A stretch of 64,000 nucleotides of DNA from Gammaproteobacteria bacterium (lineage in GTDB: Bacteria; Pseudomonadota; Gammaproteobacteria; Xanthomonadales; SZUA-36). A program made the position numbers and the translations under genes. Shown piece by piece: positions 21,842-30,270 of the stretch. The notes beneath the pieces were generated by a model. That model saw only the letters and a list, made by a program, of their open reading frames with translations. It ran no database searches and was not told the origin of the DNA. Within the stretch, counting starts at the first letter, position 1. Each line of letters begins with the position of its first letter. The stretch lies in NCBI GenBank assembly GCA_030431095.1, contig JAUIJU010000002.1, positions 22,092 to 86,091 on the forward strand, given 5' to 3'.

Positions 21842-22277
21842 ATTCAACGCGCCCCTGCGTTTGCGCAGCGGGTTTGGTGCGCCCCTGATTCAGCTGTTGG
21901 CGTTGCTCGGCGCCTGCGGAGGGAGCAGCGCCTTTATCGCAGCCCCTGTAAACCCCTGGCTAAGCGTGGTGGGCATCGTGGTATCACTGGTGGTCTCCGG
22001 CCATTGGATACGTGCCCGGCAGGCTCGTCCCGACGCACGCATCACCATCGACCGCCAGGGCCAGGTCACCTGGCGGGAAAACCCCCACATGTCCTGGCGA
22101 GGGCGTCTAGAGCCGGACTTCTGGCAATGCCGCCATCTCGCAACGGTCACCGTTCGGCTTCCCTACGGACGCGAACACTGCTGCATTCTGCGTCACCGCC
22201 AATCGCCAGGTGAATTCCGGCGTTTGCGTGTGTGGTTGCGTCACAGCGCAGTTCGTCCCACCGAACATCCAGGGTAG
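21786..22277 (+). CDS. YgfX-like small membrane protein (start uncertain)
   Basis: Two N-terminal hydrophobic segments, C-terminal FRRLRVWLR; overlaps sdhE as ygfX does. Confidence 0.6.
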   Translation: MLTTNPGSSRPLSTPFEDEFNAPLRLRSGFGAPLIQLLALLGACGGSSAFIAAPVNPWLSVVGIVVSLVVSGHWIRARQARPDARITIDRQGQVTWRENPHMSWRGRLEPDFWQCRHLATVTVRLPYGREHCCILRHRQSPGEFRRLRVWLRHSAVRPTEHPG

Positions 22278-22339
22278 GCGGAGGAGGTCAACTTGCTGTC
22301 GAGCTGCTGACCATCGCTGGCGTGCCTTACACAATTCCA

Positions 22340-22367
22340 TATGCGTATAATGTATATTATGTAAAAT
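22340..22367. other. dif: dif site (XerC/XerD chromosome dimer resolution)
   Basis: TATGCGTATAA-TGTATA-TTATGTAAAAT versus E. coli GGTGCGCATAA-TGTATA-TTATGTTAAAT; intergenic; KOPS polarity converges here. Confidence 0.9.
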
Positions 22368-22750
22368 AATTGGTGCGGAGGAATCGATCCAATGACGGGT
22401 TTCCAGGGAAATCCGGCGAACGGGATCTCCTGAACCGACCGTTTCGAGCAGGAAGTCGGGTTTCGCTGGCCTCCGGTAACCGATCTTCAGGAAAACGCTG
22501 CACGGTGTGGGCGCGTCCAGGAATCGGCCTGGGGAACCCCGGGGATGATTCACGAGTTCCTATCTGTATTGAACAATAGAGAATCTGAATAGAGATAAAG
22601 GATAAATAAAAAGAATAAATACAATGTAATAACACATTTACATAGAATATAAATTAAATAAATTCCGGGTTGACGCTTTCACCCCGATAGGCAGGTTCGA
22701 TTGGCGGCAGACCTGCCCATTGCGCCGGAAATTCCCGTACCCTTGACCCC

Positions 22751-24781
22751 ATGCTCCACAGCCTTCTCCCGACGCTTCTCCTGCAGGCCGTCAACGCGTC
22801 CCAATCCGTTCCCACGCCTCTCGAAACCGTCGAGGTGCGCGCCACGGCGCGTCAGGCGGAAATCGGCAGCATTCCGGGCGTCAGCGCAATCACCGCGGAC
22901 GACATTGACATCGAGGCCGCGACGCACGCCAACGAACTGCTGGATCGCACACCCGGCACCTGGATCAGCCGTGGATCCGGACAGGAATCCCTGGTCGCGA
23001 TTCGCTCCCCGGTACTGACCGGCCCCGGCGCCTGCGGCGCCTTTGCCATCCTGGAAGACCGCGTACCGATTCGGCCGGCAGGTTTTTGCAACGTCAACGC
23101 GCTGTTCGAGGTCAATTTGCTCCAGGCGCAGCGCGTGGACGTGGTGCGCGGTCCCGGCAATGCCCTGTACGGCGCCAACGCGCTGCACGGCGTGATCGAC
23201 GTCAGCTCCGGGGATCCCGTGACCGGCGGCGCCCTGGGTGGTGGCCTGATGATCGGCACGGACGACTATTACCGCGGTCGTGTCACCCTGTCCGGCGAAC
23301 AGGCCGCCCTCCTCGCAAACTACACTAATTCTCGTAGTTTTCGTGAGGAAGAGGGCTTCGAGCAGACCTTTATCAACGGCACCTGGCGGAGCAACGCCCT
23401 GGGCGCGGAGGTGCGAACGCAGTTCTCCTGGGCTGAGCTGGACCAGGAAACCGCCGGATTCATCCTGGGCGAAAACGCCTATGAAGACCCCCTGCTTCGC
23501 ACGCAGAACCTGAATCCTGAGGCGTTTCGGCGCCTGGATGCGTTTCGTCTGACCAGCCGCTGGACCTGGCAGCAACGCGGCGGCGCGGAGTTCGAACTGA
23601 TTCCCTACCTGCGCAGCAGCGACATGGATTTTCTGCAGCACTTTCTGCCCGGCAAACCCCTGGAGCGTAACGGCCAGCAGTCCGCCGGCATGCTGTTCAG
23701 CTGGAGGCCCGCCGATCGCTGGACCCTGGGGTTCGACCTGGAATGGGCAGAAGGCGATCTCGTCGAGTTCCAGGAAAATCCGACCGAAGGTTCAGATTTC
23801 CTCGTTGAAACGCGCCCACGGGGGTTTCACTACGACTACAACGTGCGCAGCCTGATGGGCGCCGCCTGGGCACAGTTCACGCACGAGGTTTCCGACGCCC
23901 TGCGATTGACCGCCGGCCTGCGCATCGAGCGCCTGGACTACGACTACGACAACCGCATGCTCGACGGCAACACGCGTGACGACGGAACCAGTTGTGGTTT
24001 TGGCGGCTGTCTGTACACGCGACCGGCGGACCGCGACGATCATTTCGATAACCTGGCGCCGGACATCGGGCTGAACTGGCGACTGAGTGACAGCACCACG
24101 CTGTTCACCCGACTGGCGCGCGGTTTTCGCCCGCCGCAAGCCACCGAGCTGTACCGGTTGCAGAGCGGTCAGCGGGTGGCGGACATTGACAGTGAGATCC
24201 TCGATTCCCTGGAAATCGGCCTGCGCGGCGACAGCCTGACGCTGGATTGGCAGATCACGGTTTTCGCCATGCGCAAGGATAAGGTCATCTTCCGCGATGC
24301 CGATGGCTACAACGTCAGTGACGGAAAAACCGATCACCGGGGGCTGGAAGCCGCCGTGGACTGGCAGCTGGCTGAGCCATGGCGACTGTCGGCCAATGCC
24401 GCCTGGGCGAATCACGAATACGCCTTCGAACGGCCGGCGTCAGGCATCCTGGAAGGCAACGACGTGGACACCGCGCCCGAGTGGCTGGCCGCTGCCCGCC
24501 TGGCCTGGGCGCCCTCCCCCGCCTTCGGCACCGAGCTCGAATGGGTGCACCAGGGGGGCTACTACCTGGAACCGACCAACGCGTACCGCTACGGCGGGCA
24601 CGAGCTGTTCAACCTGCGCGCGGTCTACCGGCCAGCCGACAGCCGACACCTGCTGGCCATACGCGTCACCAACCTGCTGGATACGGACTACGCCGAGCGA
24701 GCCGACTTTGCTTTTGGTAACTTTCGCTATTTTCCCGGCGCCGGACGGCGCTTTTTCGTGGAGTGGCGTTATGTGCCGTGA
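22751..24781 (+). CDS. TonB-dependent receptor, substrate unknown
   Basis: LETVEVRA TonB box, RVDVVRGPGNALYG plug motif, barrel-type C-terminus. Confidence 0.9.
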   Translation: MLHSLLPTLLLQAVNASQSVPTPLETVEVRATARQAEIGSIPGVSAITADDIDIEAATHANELLDRTPGTWISRGSGQESLVAIRSPVLTGPGACGAFAILEDRVPIRPAGFCNVNALFEVNLLQAQRVDVVRGPGNALYGANALHGVIDVSSGDPVTGGALGGGLMIGTDDYYRGRVTLSGEQAALLANYTNSRSFREEEGFEQTFINGTWRSNALGAEVRTQFSWAELDQETAGFILGENAYEDPLLRTQNLNPEAFRRLDAFRLTSRWTWQQRGGAEFELIPYLRSSDMDFLQHFLPGKPLERNGQQSAGMLFSWRPADRWTLGFDLEWAEGDLVEFQENPTEGSDFLVETRPRGFHYDYNVRSLMGAAWAQFTHEVSDALRLTAGLRIERLDYDYDNRMLDGNTRDDGTSCGFGGCLYTRPADRDDHFDNLAPDIGLNWRLSDSTTLFTRLARGFRPPQATELYRLQSGQRVADIDSEILDSLEIGLRGDSLTLDWQITVFAMRKDKVIFRDADGYNVSDGKTDHRGLEAAVDWQLAEPWRLSANAAWANHEYAFERPASGILEGNDVDTAPEWLAAARLAWAPSPAFGTELEWVHQGGYYLEPTNAYRYGGHELFNLRAVYRPADSRHLLAIRVTNLLDTDYAERADFAFGNFRYFPGAGRRFFVEWRYVP

Positions 24782-24859
24782 AAAAGGGATACTGCCGCGT
24801 TCCGGGCGAATCTCACCCGTGAGCGGACGGGCCGGTCTTTCATTGTAGAATTGCCGCGG

Positions 24860-24946
24860 GCCCGGGTGGCGGAACTGGTAGACGCAAGGGACTTAAAATC
24901 CCTCGACCGCAAGGTCATGCGGGTTCGATTCCCGCCCCGGGCACCA
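24860..24946 (+). tRNA. tRNA-Leu (anticodon TAA)
   Basis: GCCCGGG acceptor stem, AGGGA-CTTAAAA-TCCCT anticodon arm, long variable arm, GGTTCGATTCC, CCA; TAGAAT -10 at 24846. Confidence 0.97.
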
Positions 24947-25056
24947 TTCTATTCGTGAGGTGCTTCTTTCGCCCTGTTCCAGGGCGAAAACCGCTCCTCA
25001 CTTTCCTCTTTCCCGATCGCACCTTGCCCTCCTCATTCCTGGTTCGTCATCCACAG

Positions 25057-25100
25057 GTTCAGCGCGTGTTCAGCGGGCTGTTGGCACCCTTTGGCACCCT
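25057..25100. repeat. Short direct repeats downstream of tRNA-Leu
   Basis: GTTCAGCG x2 (25057, 25068) and tandem TTGGCACCCT x2 (25081-25100). Confidence 0.6.
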
Positions 25101-25454
25101 GAACTTTCTGCTTTAATTCCATTAATATTGATATTTATCAGTAGATTTCATCGTTATTACATAATTAACTTAAAAAAAAGCTTTTATCCTGATGAAATCT
25201 ATGTTTATATAGTAACCGTATCGAGTCTCGCAGGAGCAGCGGAGGCGCAGGGAAGCGCCAATATCACCGCCGAGACGGAGTTCTTTCAGGTGATGTCGAT
25301 GCACGATGTATCGTCGCTGCTATGGCCATGGATGGCCGCGGGGCGCCCTCCCCTACCCCGCCTCAGGGGTACGTAAAACCCCGAAAAAACGTGTTTTTTC
25401 CCCACCGATGCGCCTTGCCGGGCGGTTTTTCGTTCGGGTGCTATGCTCTGAATC

Positions 25455-26231
25455 ATGCGCCGCACCATCCGTGAAGCCGTGTTCGATCTGCTCCTGGCGC
25501 TGCCCGGGACGGAGGAAGCGCGCTCTCACGGGGCGCCCACCTTCAAGGTCGGTGGCAAGACATTCGCTTACTGGACCCAGAATCATCATGGGGACGAACG
25601 CGTGTCGCTGTGGCTGGGCACCTCTTCCGAGACGCAGGCGCAGCTGGTCGCCCTCGATCCCGAAACCTATTTCATCCCGCCCTACGTGGGCGTCAAGGGG
25701 TGGACCGGAATGGACCTGGGGATGGCGCGTTCCTGGGACGACGTCCGGCAGCGGGTGCTGGACGCCTGGACACATTGCGCGCCCCCCAGGTTCAATAGGC
25801 ACACCCCTGGTCTACCCGACATCGACCCACCCACCGACACCTTGCGGCCCGAGGACATCAACCCGATGCTCGGCGAGCACGCGCAGGCGATTTTGAAAGG
25901 ACTTGCCGCGTACTGTCTCCGCCTGCCGGAAACGCAGGCCGAAGATGCGCATGCCAGCGCCACGTGGCGGGCGGGCAAGAAGCCGTTCGTGCGGGGGCGC
26001 CACGACGAGGGTCGCCTGAAGCTGCAGTTCCTGGTCGGCCCGGAACAGCAGGCCCTGATGCTCGACGACCCTCGCTGCGCCCTGCCCCCTTACTACGGCA
26101 ACGCGGGCTGGATCGAGCTGGACGTGCAGGATGCCGTGCACTGGCCGGAAATCGAGTCCCTGCTGGAAACCGGGTATCGCCGGGTGGCGCTCAAGCGCAT
26201 GCTCAGGGCGCTGGACGGGCAAGTGCGGTAA
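25455..26231 (+). CDS. Tandem MmcQ/YjbR-family DNA-binding protein
   Basis: Two repeats: LPGTEE..HGAPTFKVGGKTFA..PPYVGVKGW and LPETQ..WRAGKKPF..PPYYGNAGWI. Confidence 0.8.
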   Translation: MRRTIREAVFDLLLALPGTEEARSHGAPTFKVGGKTFAYWTQNHHGDERVSLWLGTSSETQAQLVALDPETYFIPPYVGVKGWTGMDLGMARSWDDVRQRVLDAWTHCAPPRFNRHTPGLPDIDPPTDTLRPEDINPMLGEHAQAILKGLAAYCLRLPETQAEDAHASATWRAGKKPFVRGRHDEGRLKLQFLVGPEQQALMLDDPRCALPPYYGNAGWIELDVQDAVHWPEIESLLETGYRRVALKRMLRALDGQVR

Positions 26232-27189
26232 AGCGCCGTTCCTCCCAGGCCAGGAACGCGGCGCCCAGCATCGCCCAGACCAACTGCACCGCCAGGTAGA
26301 CGAAGCCGGCCGCCACCAGGTCCTCGGCGGGAATGCCATAACGCGCCAGCAACAGGATTGAAACCCCTTCGCGCACCCCCGCGCCACCGAAGCTCGTCGG
26401 CAAGGCAGCTACGGCAGTAATCAGGGGAAAGGTCCACAGCAGGTCCCGCCAGGGTACGTCGGCCGCGGTGATGGACCACAGCGCCACGGCCATGGCCAGG
26501 CTCATCAGCAACTGGCTGCCCAGCCCCAGCAGGCTGCCGGCTATGACACTGCCGGGTCGCCGCACAGCGCCGCGAAACGTCGAGCGCAGCGAACGCGCCA
26601 TATTCTGCATGAACGGCAAGTGTCGCAGACGGTACGTGACGCCCACGCTGACCAGCGCCAGGGCCAGCGCCAGCAGACTCCAGCCGCCCAGGGAGAGGTC
26701 CGGCATCAAGGCCCCCGGGGAAATTGGGGTGTCGCTGACCAGCACCAGTGCGACGGTCAGGGCAATGAACAGCACGGAGGCCAGTGCCGCCATGCTGCGG
26801 TCCATGATGGACGAGGCCAGCAACTGGTGCAAAGGCTGGTCATACCAGCGCGAATAGGCCGCGGACTTGGCCACGTCCCCGCCGGCGGGGCCCAGCAAAA
26901 TCATGTTGAAACAGTGTCCGCCGAACATGGCGCGGGCCACCACCGGAAGTGACAAGGGCACGTCCGCCAGGCGCAGTCCGATGCGCCAGCGCAGCCCGGT
27001 CGCGACGATGGCGCAACCGAACATCGTCACGGTCAACATGAATGCACGCCCGTCGACCGCCGCCAGCGAATGCGCCAGGCTGCCCAGGTCCAGCCGCGAC
27101 AGGATGATGGCCAGCAATCCGCCGGAGACCAGCAGGCTGACCAGCACCTTGCGATGAAAGCCCCGGGATGTCTTCCGGCTCGGGTTCAT
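26203..27189 (-). CDS. Lysylphosphatidylglycerol-synthase TM / YbhN (UPF0104) flippase-like membrane protein
   Basis: LRW, FN..LGPAGGDVAK, DR, P.SFGGAGVRE motifs; multi-TM. Confidence 0.82.
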   Translation of the reverse strand: MNPSRKTSRGFHRKVLVSLLVSGGLLAIILSRLDLGSLAHSLAAVDGRAFMLTVTMFGCAIVATGLRWRIGLRLADVPLSLPVVARAMFGGHCFNMILLGPAGGDVAKSAAYSRWYDQPLHQLLASSIMDRSMAALASVLFIALTVALVLVSDTPISPGALMPDLSLGGWSLLALALALVSVGVTYRLRHLPFMQNMARSLRSTFRGAVRRPGSVIAGSLLGLGSQLLMSLAMAVALWSITAADVPWRDLLWTFPLITAVAALPTSFGGAGVREGVSILLLARYGIPAEDLVAAGFVYLAVQLVWAMLGAAFLAWEERRFTALARPAP

Positions 27190-27227
27190 AAAAGTTTCAC
27201 AGGTTCGCGATTCGTCACGGATCAGTC

Positions 27228-28046
27228 ATGAAACAGTGCAAACATGAAAGCCTGAAGTCAGCAGAAGAAGATTTCGTGCAGGAGAACGAAACATGCACGC
27301 GCCCCCATTGGACCCGCTCACAGCTCTGGAAGCAACCGCTTCCCGGGATGCGCCGGCAATGGCTGTCGCAGTGCTTCACGCGCGGCGCCCTGCTGCTGCG
27401 GCGGAGGCGGGTACTGACCATCGAAGGCGCCGAACACGTGCTGGGCGGGCGCGACCCGTTTATTTTCGTGGCCAACCACAGCCAGCGCACCGAGGCGCTG
27501 GTCGTCCCCTGCCTGCTGGCCTTTCTGCGCGGCGGCAAGCGGGTGCACTTTCTGGCCGACTGGAACTTTGCACTGATTCCACCGGTGGGGCTGATGTACT
27601 GGTGCGGCGGCACCATCCTGCTGACGCGAAAGTCCGCCCGGCCACGCTTCCTGAACCTGTTCAAGCCGCTGTTCATGCGCCAGGCAACCGGTTTCGAGCG
27701 GGCTCGCGAGCGCCTCGCCCAGGGCGCGAGCATCGGCCTGTATCCCGAGGGAACGGTCAATCGGCGACCCGGTCGCCTGTTGCGTGGGTACCCGGGGGCG
27801 GCGCGCCTTTCACTGGAGACCGGGGTGCCGGTGGTGGCGGCGGGGATCAGCTATCCCGGCCACGAGGGCCCGGCACCGGTACCCGAGAGCGCCGCCATGC
27901 AATTGACGATAGGACCGGCGCTGTGCCCCGGGCCGCCAAGCGCTAGGCCTTCCGTGCACGACGTGCGCGAATGGCACGCACGCATCATGAGCAGGATTGC
28001 CGAATTGAGCGGCCAGTCCTGGACCCCTGAATCGACACGCCGTTGA
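27228..28046 (+). CDS. PlsC-like lysophospholipid acyltransferase with HX4E motif
   Basis: FIFVANHSQRTE, YPEGTVN, GAARLSLETGVPVV; start uncertain. Confidence 0.8.
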   Translation: MKQCKHESLKSAEEDFVQENETCTRPHWTRSQLWKQPLPGMRRQWLSQCFTRGALLLRRRRVLTIEGAEHVLGGRDPFIFVANHSQRTEALVVPCLLAFLRGGKRVHFLADWNFALIPPVGLMYWCGGTILLTRKSARPRFLNLFKPLFMRQATGFERARERLAQGASIGLYPEGTVNRRPGRLLRGYPGAARLSLETGVPVVAAGISYPGHEGPAPVPESAAMQLTIGPALCPGPPSARPSVHDVREWHARIMSRIAELSGQSWTPESTRR

Positions 28047-28055
28047 GGAGGCAGG

Positions 28056-28706
28056 ATGAGCCACGAACTGACCGTCAAGAGAGTGGAAACCACGCAGGAC
28101 CGCCACGATGCCATCGAGGTGCTCAAGGCCACCTACCTGGACGAAAAACGCTGGGTCGACAACGAGAACCAGATGTTTCCCGAGGAAGACCTGTCGCGCG
28201 AGGTGATTTCCTGGTTCACCTGTTACCGCGGCCGGCGGCCGGTGGGGGTGGTCCGCGTGCTGTACGAGCCGCCGATCGAACTGTACGAGGAGTACGGCTT
28301 TTCCCAGATCGATACCGACATCGACGTCGAGGCATTCGTCAAGCACCACCGCATCGCGGAAATCGGCCGTTTCGCCGTGATCCCCGAATACCGGCGTTTC
28401 GTGGTGTTCGCCGCTTCGCTGATGCGCGCGGCCAGCGAGGAAACCGTCCGCCTTGGTTTTTCGCACTACGTCACCGACGTGTTCGAGGGTGAGCAACACA
28501 GCCCCTACGACTTTCACACACGCGTCATGGGCTTCATCCCCGTCGCCACGCACGAAGTGGGCGAACTGAACTGCGCCAACCGGCGCATCACGCTGATTCT
28601 TGACCTGCGCCAGGCTTACTACCGCCTGAAGAAGTCGAAGAACAAGATCTACCGCATGCTGACCGAAGGCTGGACCGAGGACATGCACCAGCGACTGGCT
28701 TCCTGA
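28056..28706 (+). CDS. GNAT-fold N-acyltransferase (FeeM/LuxI/OlsB-like fold)
   Basis: PVGVVRV, IAEIGRFAV, MGF motifs typical of acyl-ACP-using GNATs; GAGG RBS; 9 bp after the acyltransferase. Confidence 0.7.
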   Translation: MSHELTVKRVETTQDRHDAIEVLKATYLDEKRWVDNENQMFPEEDLSREVISWFTCYRGRRPVGVVRVLYEPPIELYEEYGFSQIDTDIDVEAFVKHHRIAEIGRFAVIPEYRRFVVFAASLMRAASEETVRLGFSHYVTDVFEGEQHSPYDFHTRVMGFIPVATHEVGELNCANRRITLILDLRQAYYRLKKSKNKIYRMLTEGWTEDMHQRLAS

Positions 28707-28724
28707 ATCGGAACGCGCCTGTCC

Positions 28725-30158
28725 TCACAGTATGGGCGAGAGCAACCGGCAAAAATTCACCGCCAGCTGCCAGCCCAGCCCCTTGCTCTTCAGGGCCTCC
28801 GGGTCCAAAACCTTGCAGTGGTCGATGGTGTTTTCGAACATGGTTTCCATCTTTTCGGCAAAGGCCTCGTCCAGCAGCACCGCGGTGAGCTCAAAGTTCA
28901 GGCGAAACGAGCGGTTGTCGAAATTGGCCGTACCGATCGAGCTGACGTGATCGTCCACCAGCAGGGTTTTCTCGTGCAGGAAACCGGGGCTGTAAGCGTA
29001 AAAGCGGATGCCCAGCCCGGACAGGGCCATGATGTAGTGGTAGGCGGCAAAGTACACCAGCAGACTGTCATTGGTGCCGGTGGTGACGATGCGCACGTCC
29101 ACGCCACGCAGTGCCGCCAGCTTCAGGGCCTTCATGACCGCTTCGTCGGGGACGAAGTATGGGGCGGAAATCCAGGCGCGTTTCCGGGCCAGGTTCAGCG
29201 CCGCCACGAAAAACAGCGACGCCGTTTCGTGCACGTGGGTCGGCGCAAACGGCACCACCATGCCCGGAATGCCCCCGTTGGAGGCGGCACGGGGCGTCCA
29301 GTTCAGCGTGGGCAGTTCGCGTGCGGCCCAGTACCAGTCCGAAAAGAACACCAGCTGCAGCTGGGTGACCATGGGGCCTTCCAGGCGCACGTGCGTGTCG
29401 CGCCAGGGGGTCAGCTTGGGATTATGTCCCAGGTACTCGTCACCCACATTGTGGCCGCCCACCCAGCCGACCCGGCCGTCCACCACCACGATCTTGCGAT
29501 GGTTGCGAAAGTTCTGTTGAAAGCGATTGCGGCGGCCCTGGTCCGGTTTGAAGGAGCGGGCCTTCGCGCCGGCGCTTTCCAGTTCGCTGCAGTAGCGCCT
29601 GGGCAGCCCCAGGCTGCCGATGTCGTCATACAGCACGCGCACGTCCACACCCGCTCTGGCCCGCTCGAGCAGGGCCTCCTGCAGCCTCCGACCCAGCTTG
29701 TCGTCGCGGATGGTGTAGAACTGCACCAGGACGTAGTCACGGGCCTCGCCAATCCCCGCCAGAATGCTCTCGAAAGTCGCTTCCCCGTTGATCAGCAACT
29801 CCGCGAAGTTGCCGGCGACCACGTCCAGACCAGACAGGGCGCCGATGGCACGGCGCGCGTCACCCAGCCCGGACGGGGGCGCACGCTGCGCGTCCAGCGC
29901 TTCGGTGACTTCCGCGTACAGGCGATCGATGTCCTCGGCATTCTCCTGGTAGGCCTCGACCATGCCCTGGAAACGGTTTCGCCCCAAAACCAGGTACAGC
30001 GGCACGGAAAGAAAGGGAAACGATGCCAGGGCCAGTGACCAGGCAATGGCGCCTGTGGGCGTGCGGGCCTTCATGATCGCCTCGATGGCAAAGACCACGC
30101 CGAGCAGGTAGATGACGGCGGCAAAAAAAATCCACAGGGTCGCAACCATGGCGTTCAT
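28725..30158 (-). CDS. cls: Cardiolipin synthase (PLD family, ClsA-type architecture)
   Basis: Two HKD motifs (HRKIVVVD, HEKTLLVD), N-terminal TM domain, PYFVP. Confidence 0.92.
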   Translation of the reverse strand: MNAMVATLWIFFAAVIYLLGVVFAIEAIMKARTPTGAIAWSLALASFPFLSVPLYLVLGRNRFQGMVEAYQENAEDIDRLYAEVTEALDAQRAPPSGLGDARRAIGALSGLDVVAGNFAELLINGEATFESILAGIGEARDYVLVQFYTIRDDKLGRRLQEALLERARAGVDVRVLYDDIGSLGLPRRYCSELESAGAKARSFKPDQGRRNRFQQNFRNHRKIVVVDGRVGWVGGHNVGDEYLGHNPKLTPWRDTHVRLEGPMVTQLQLVFFSDWYWAARELPTLNWTPRAASNGGIPGMVVPFAPTHVHETASLFFVAALNLARKRAWISAPYFVPDEAVMKALKLAALRGVDVRIVTTGTNDSLLVYFAAYHYIMALSGLGIRFYAYSPGFLHEKTLLVDDHVSSIGTANFDNRSFRLNFELTAVLLDEAFAEKMETMFENTIDHCKVLDPEALKSKGLGWQLAVNFCRLLSPIL

Positions 30159-30270
30159 CCTGGCCAGGAACGGCGTGGCGAAGCAGCGCCCATCCTAGCC
30201 CAAGACCCGTCTCCGCCAAAGGTCCCCGTGGCCGGTCACGTTCCGGCAATGCAATTGGGATTAGAATACC

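Noticed and set aside
22357-22635. 92-aa minus-strand ORF beside dif (possible filamentous phage remnant)
   Set aside because: Low-complexity translation of an AT block, overlaps dif, no second dif-like site or phage genes seen
22660-22750. Cobalamin or TPP riboswitch upstream of the TBDR
   Set aside because: Only one hairpin; conserved B12-box or TPP motifs not found
24960-25376. 138-aa ORF after tRNA-Leu
   Set aside because: Crosses repeats and the AT block, with no coding-like composition
28056-28706. LuxI quorum-sensing synthase call for the GNAT
   Set aside because: No LuxR nearby, the N-terminal R..F...W/E.D.D LuxI signature is only partly matched, and the context is lipid metabolism; not fully excluded
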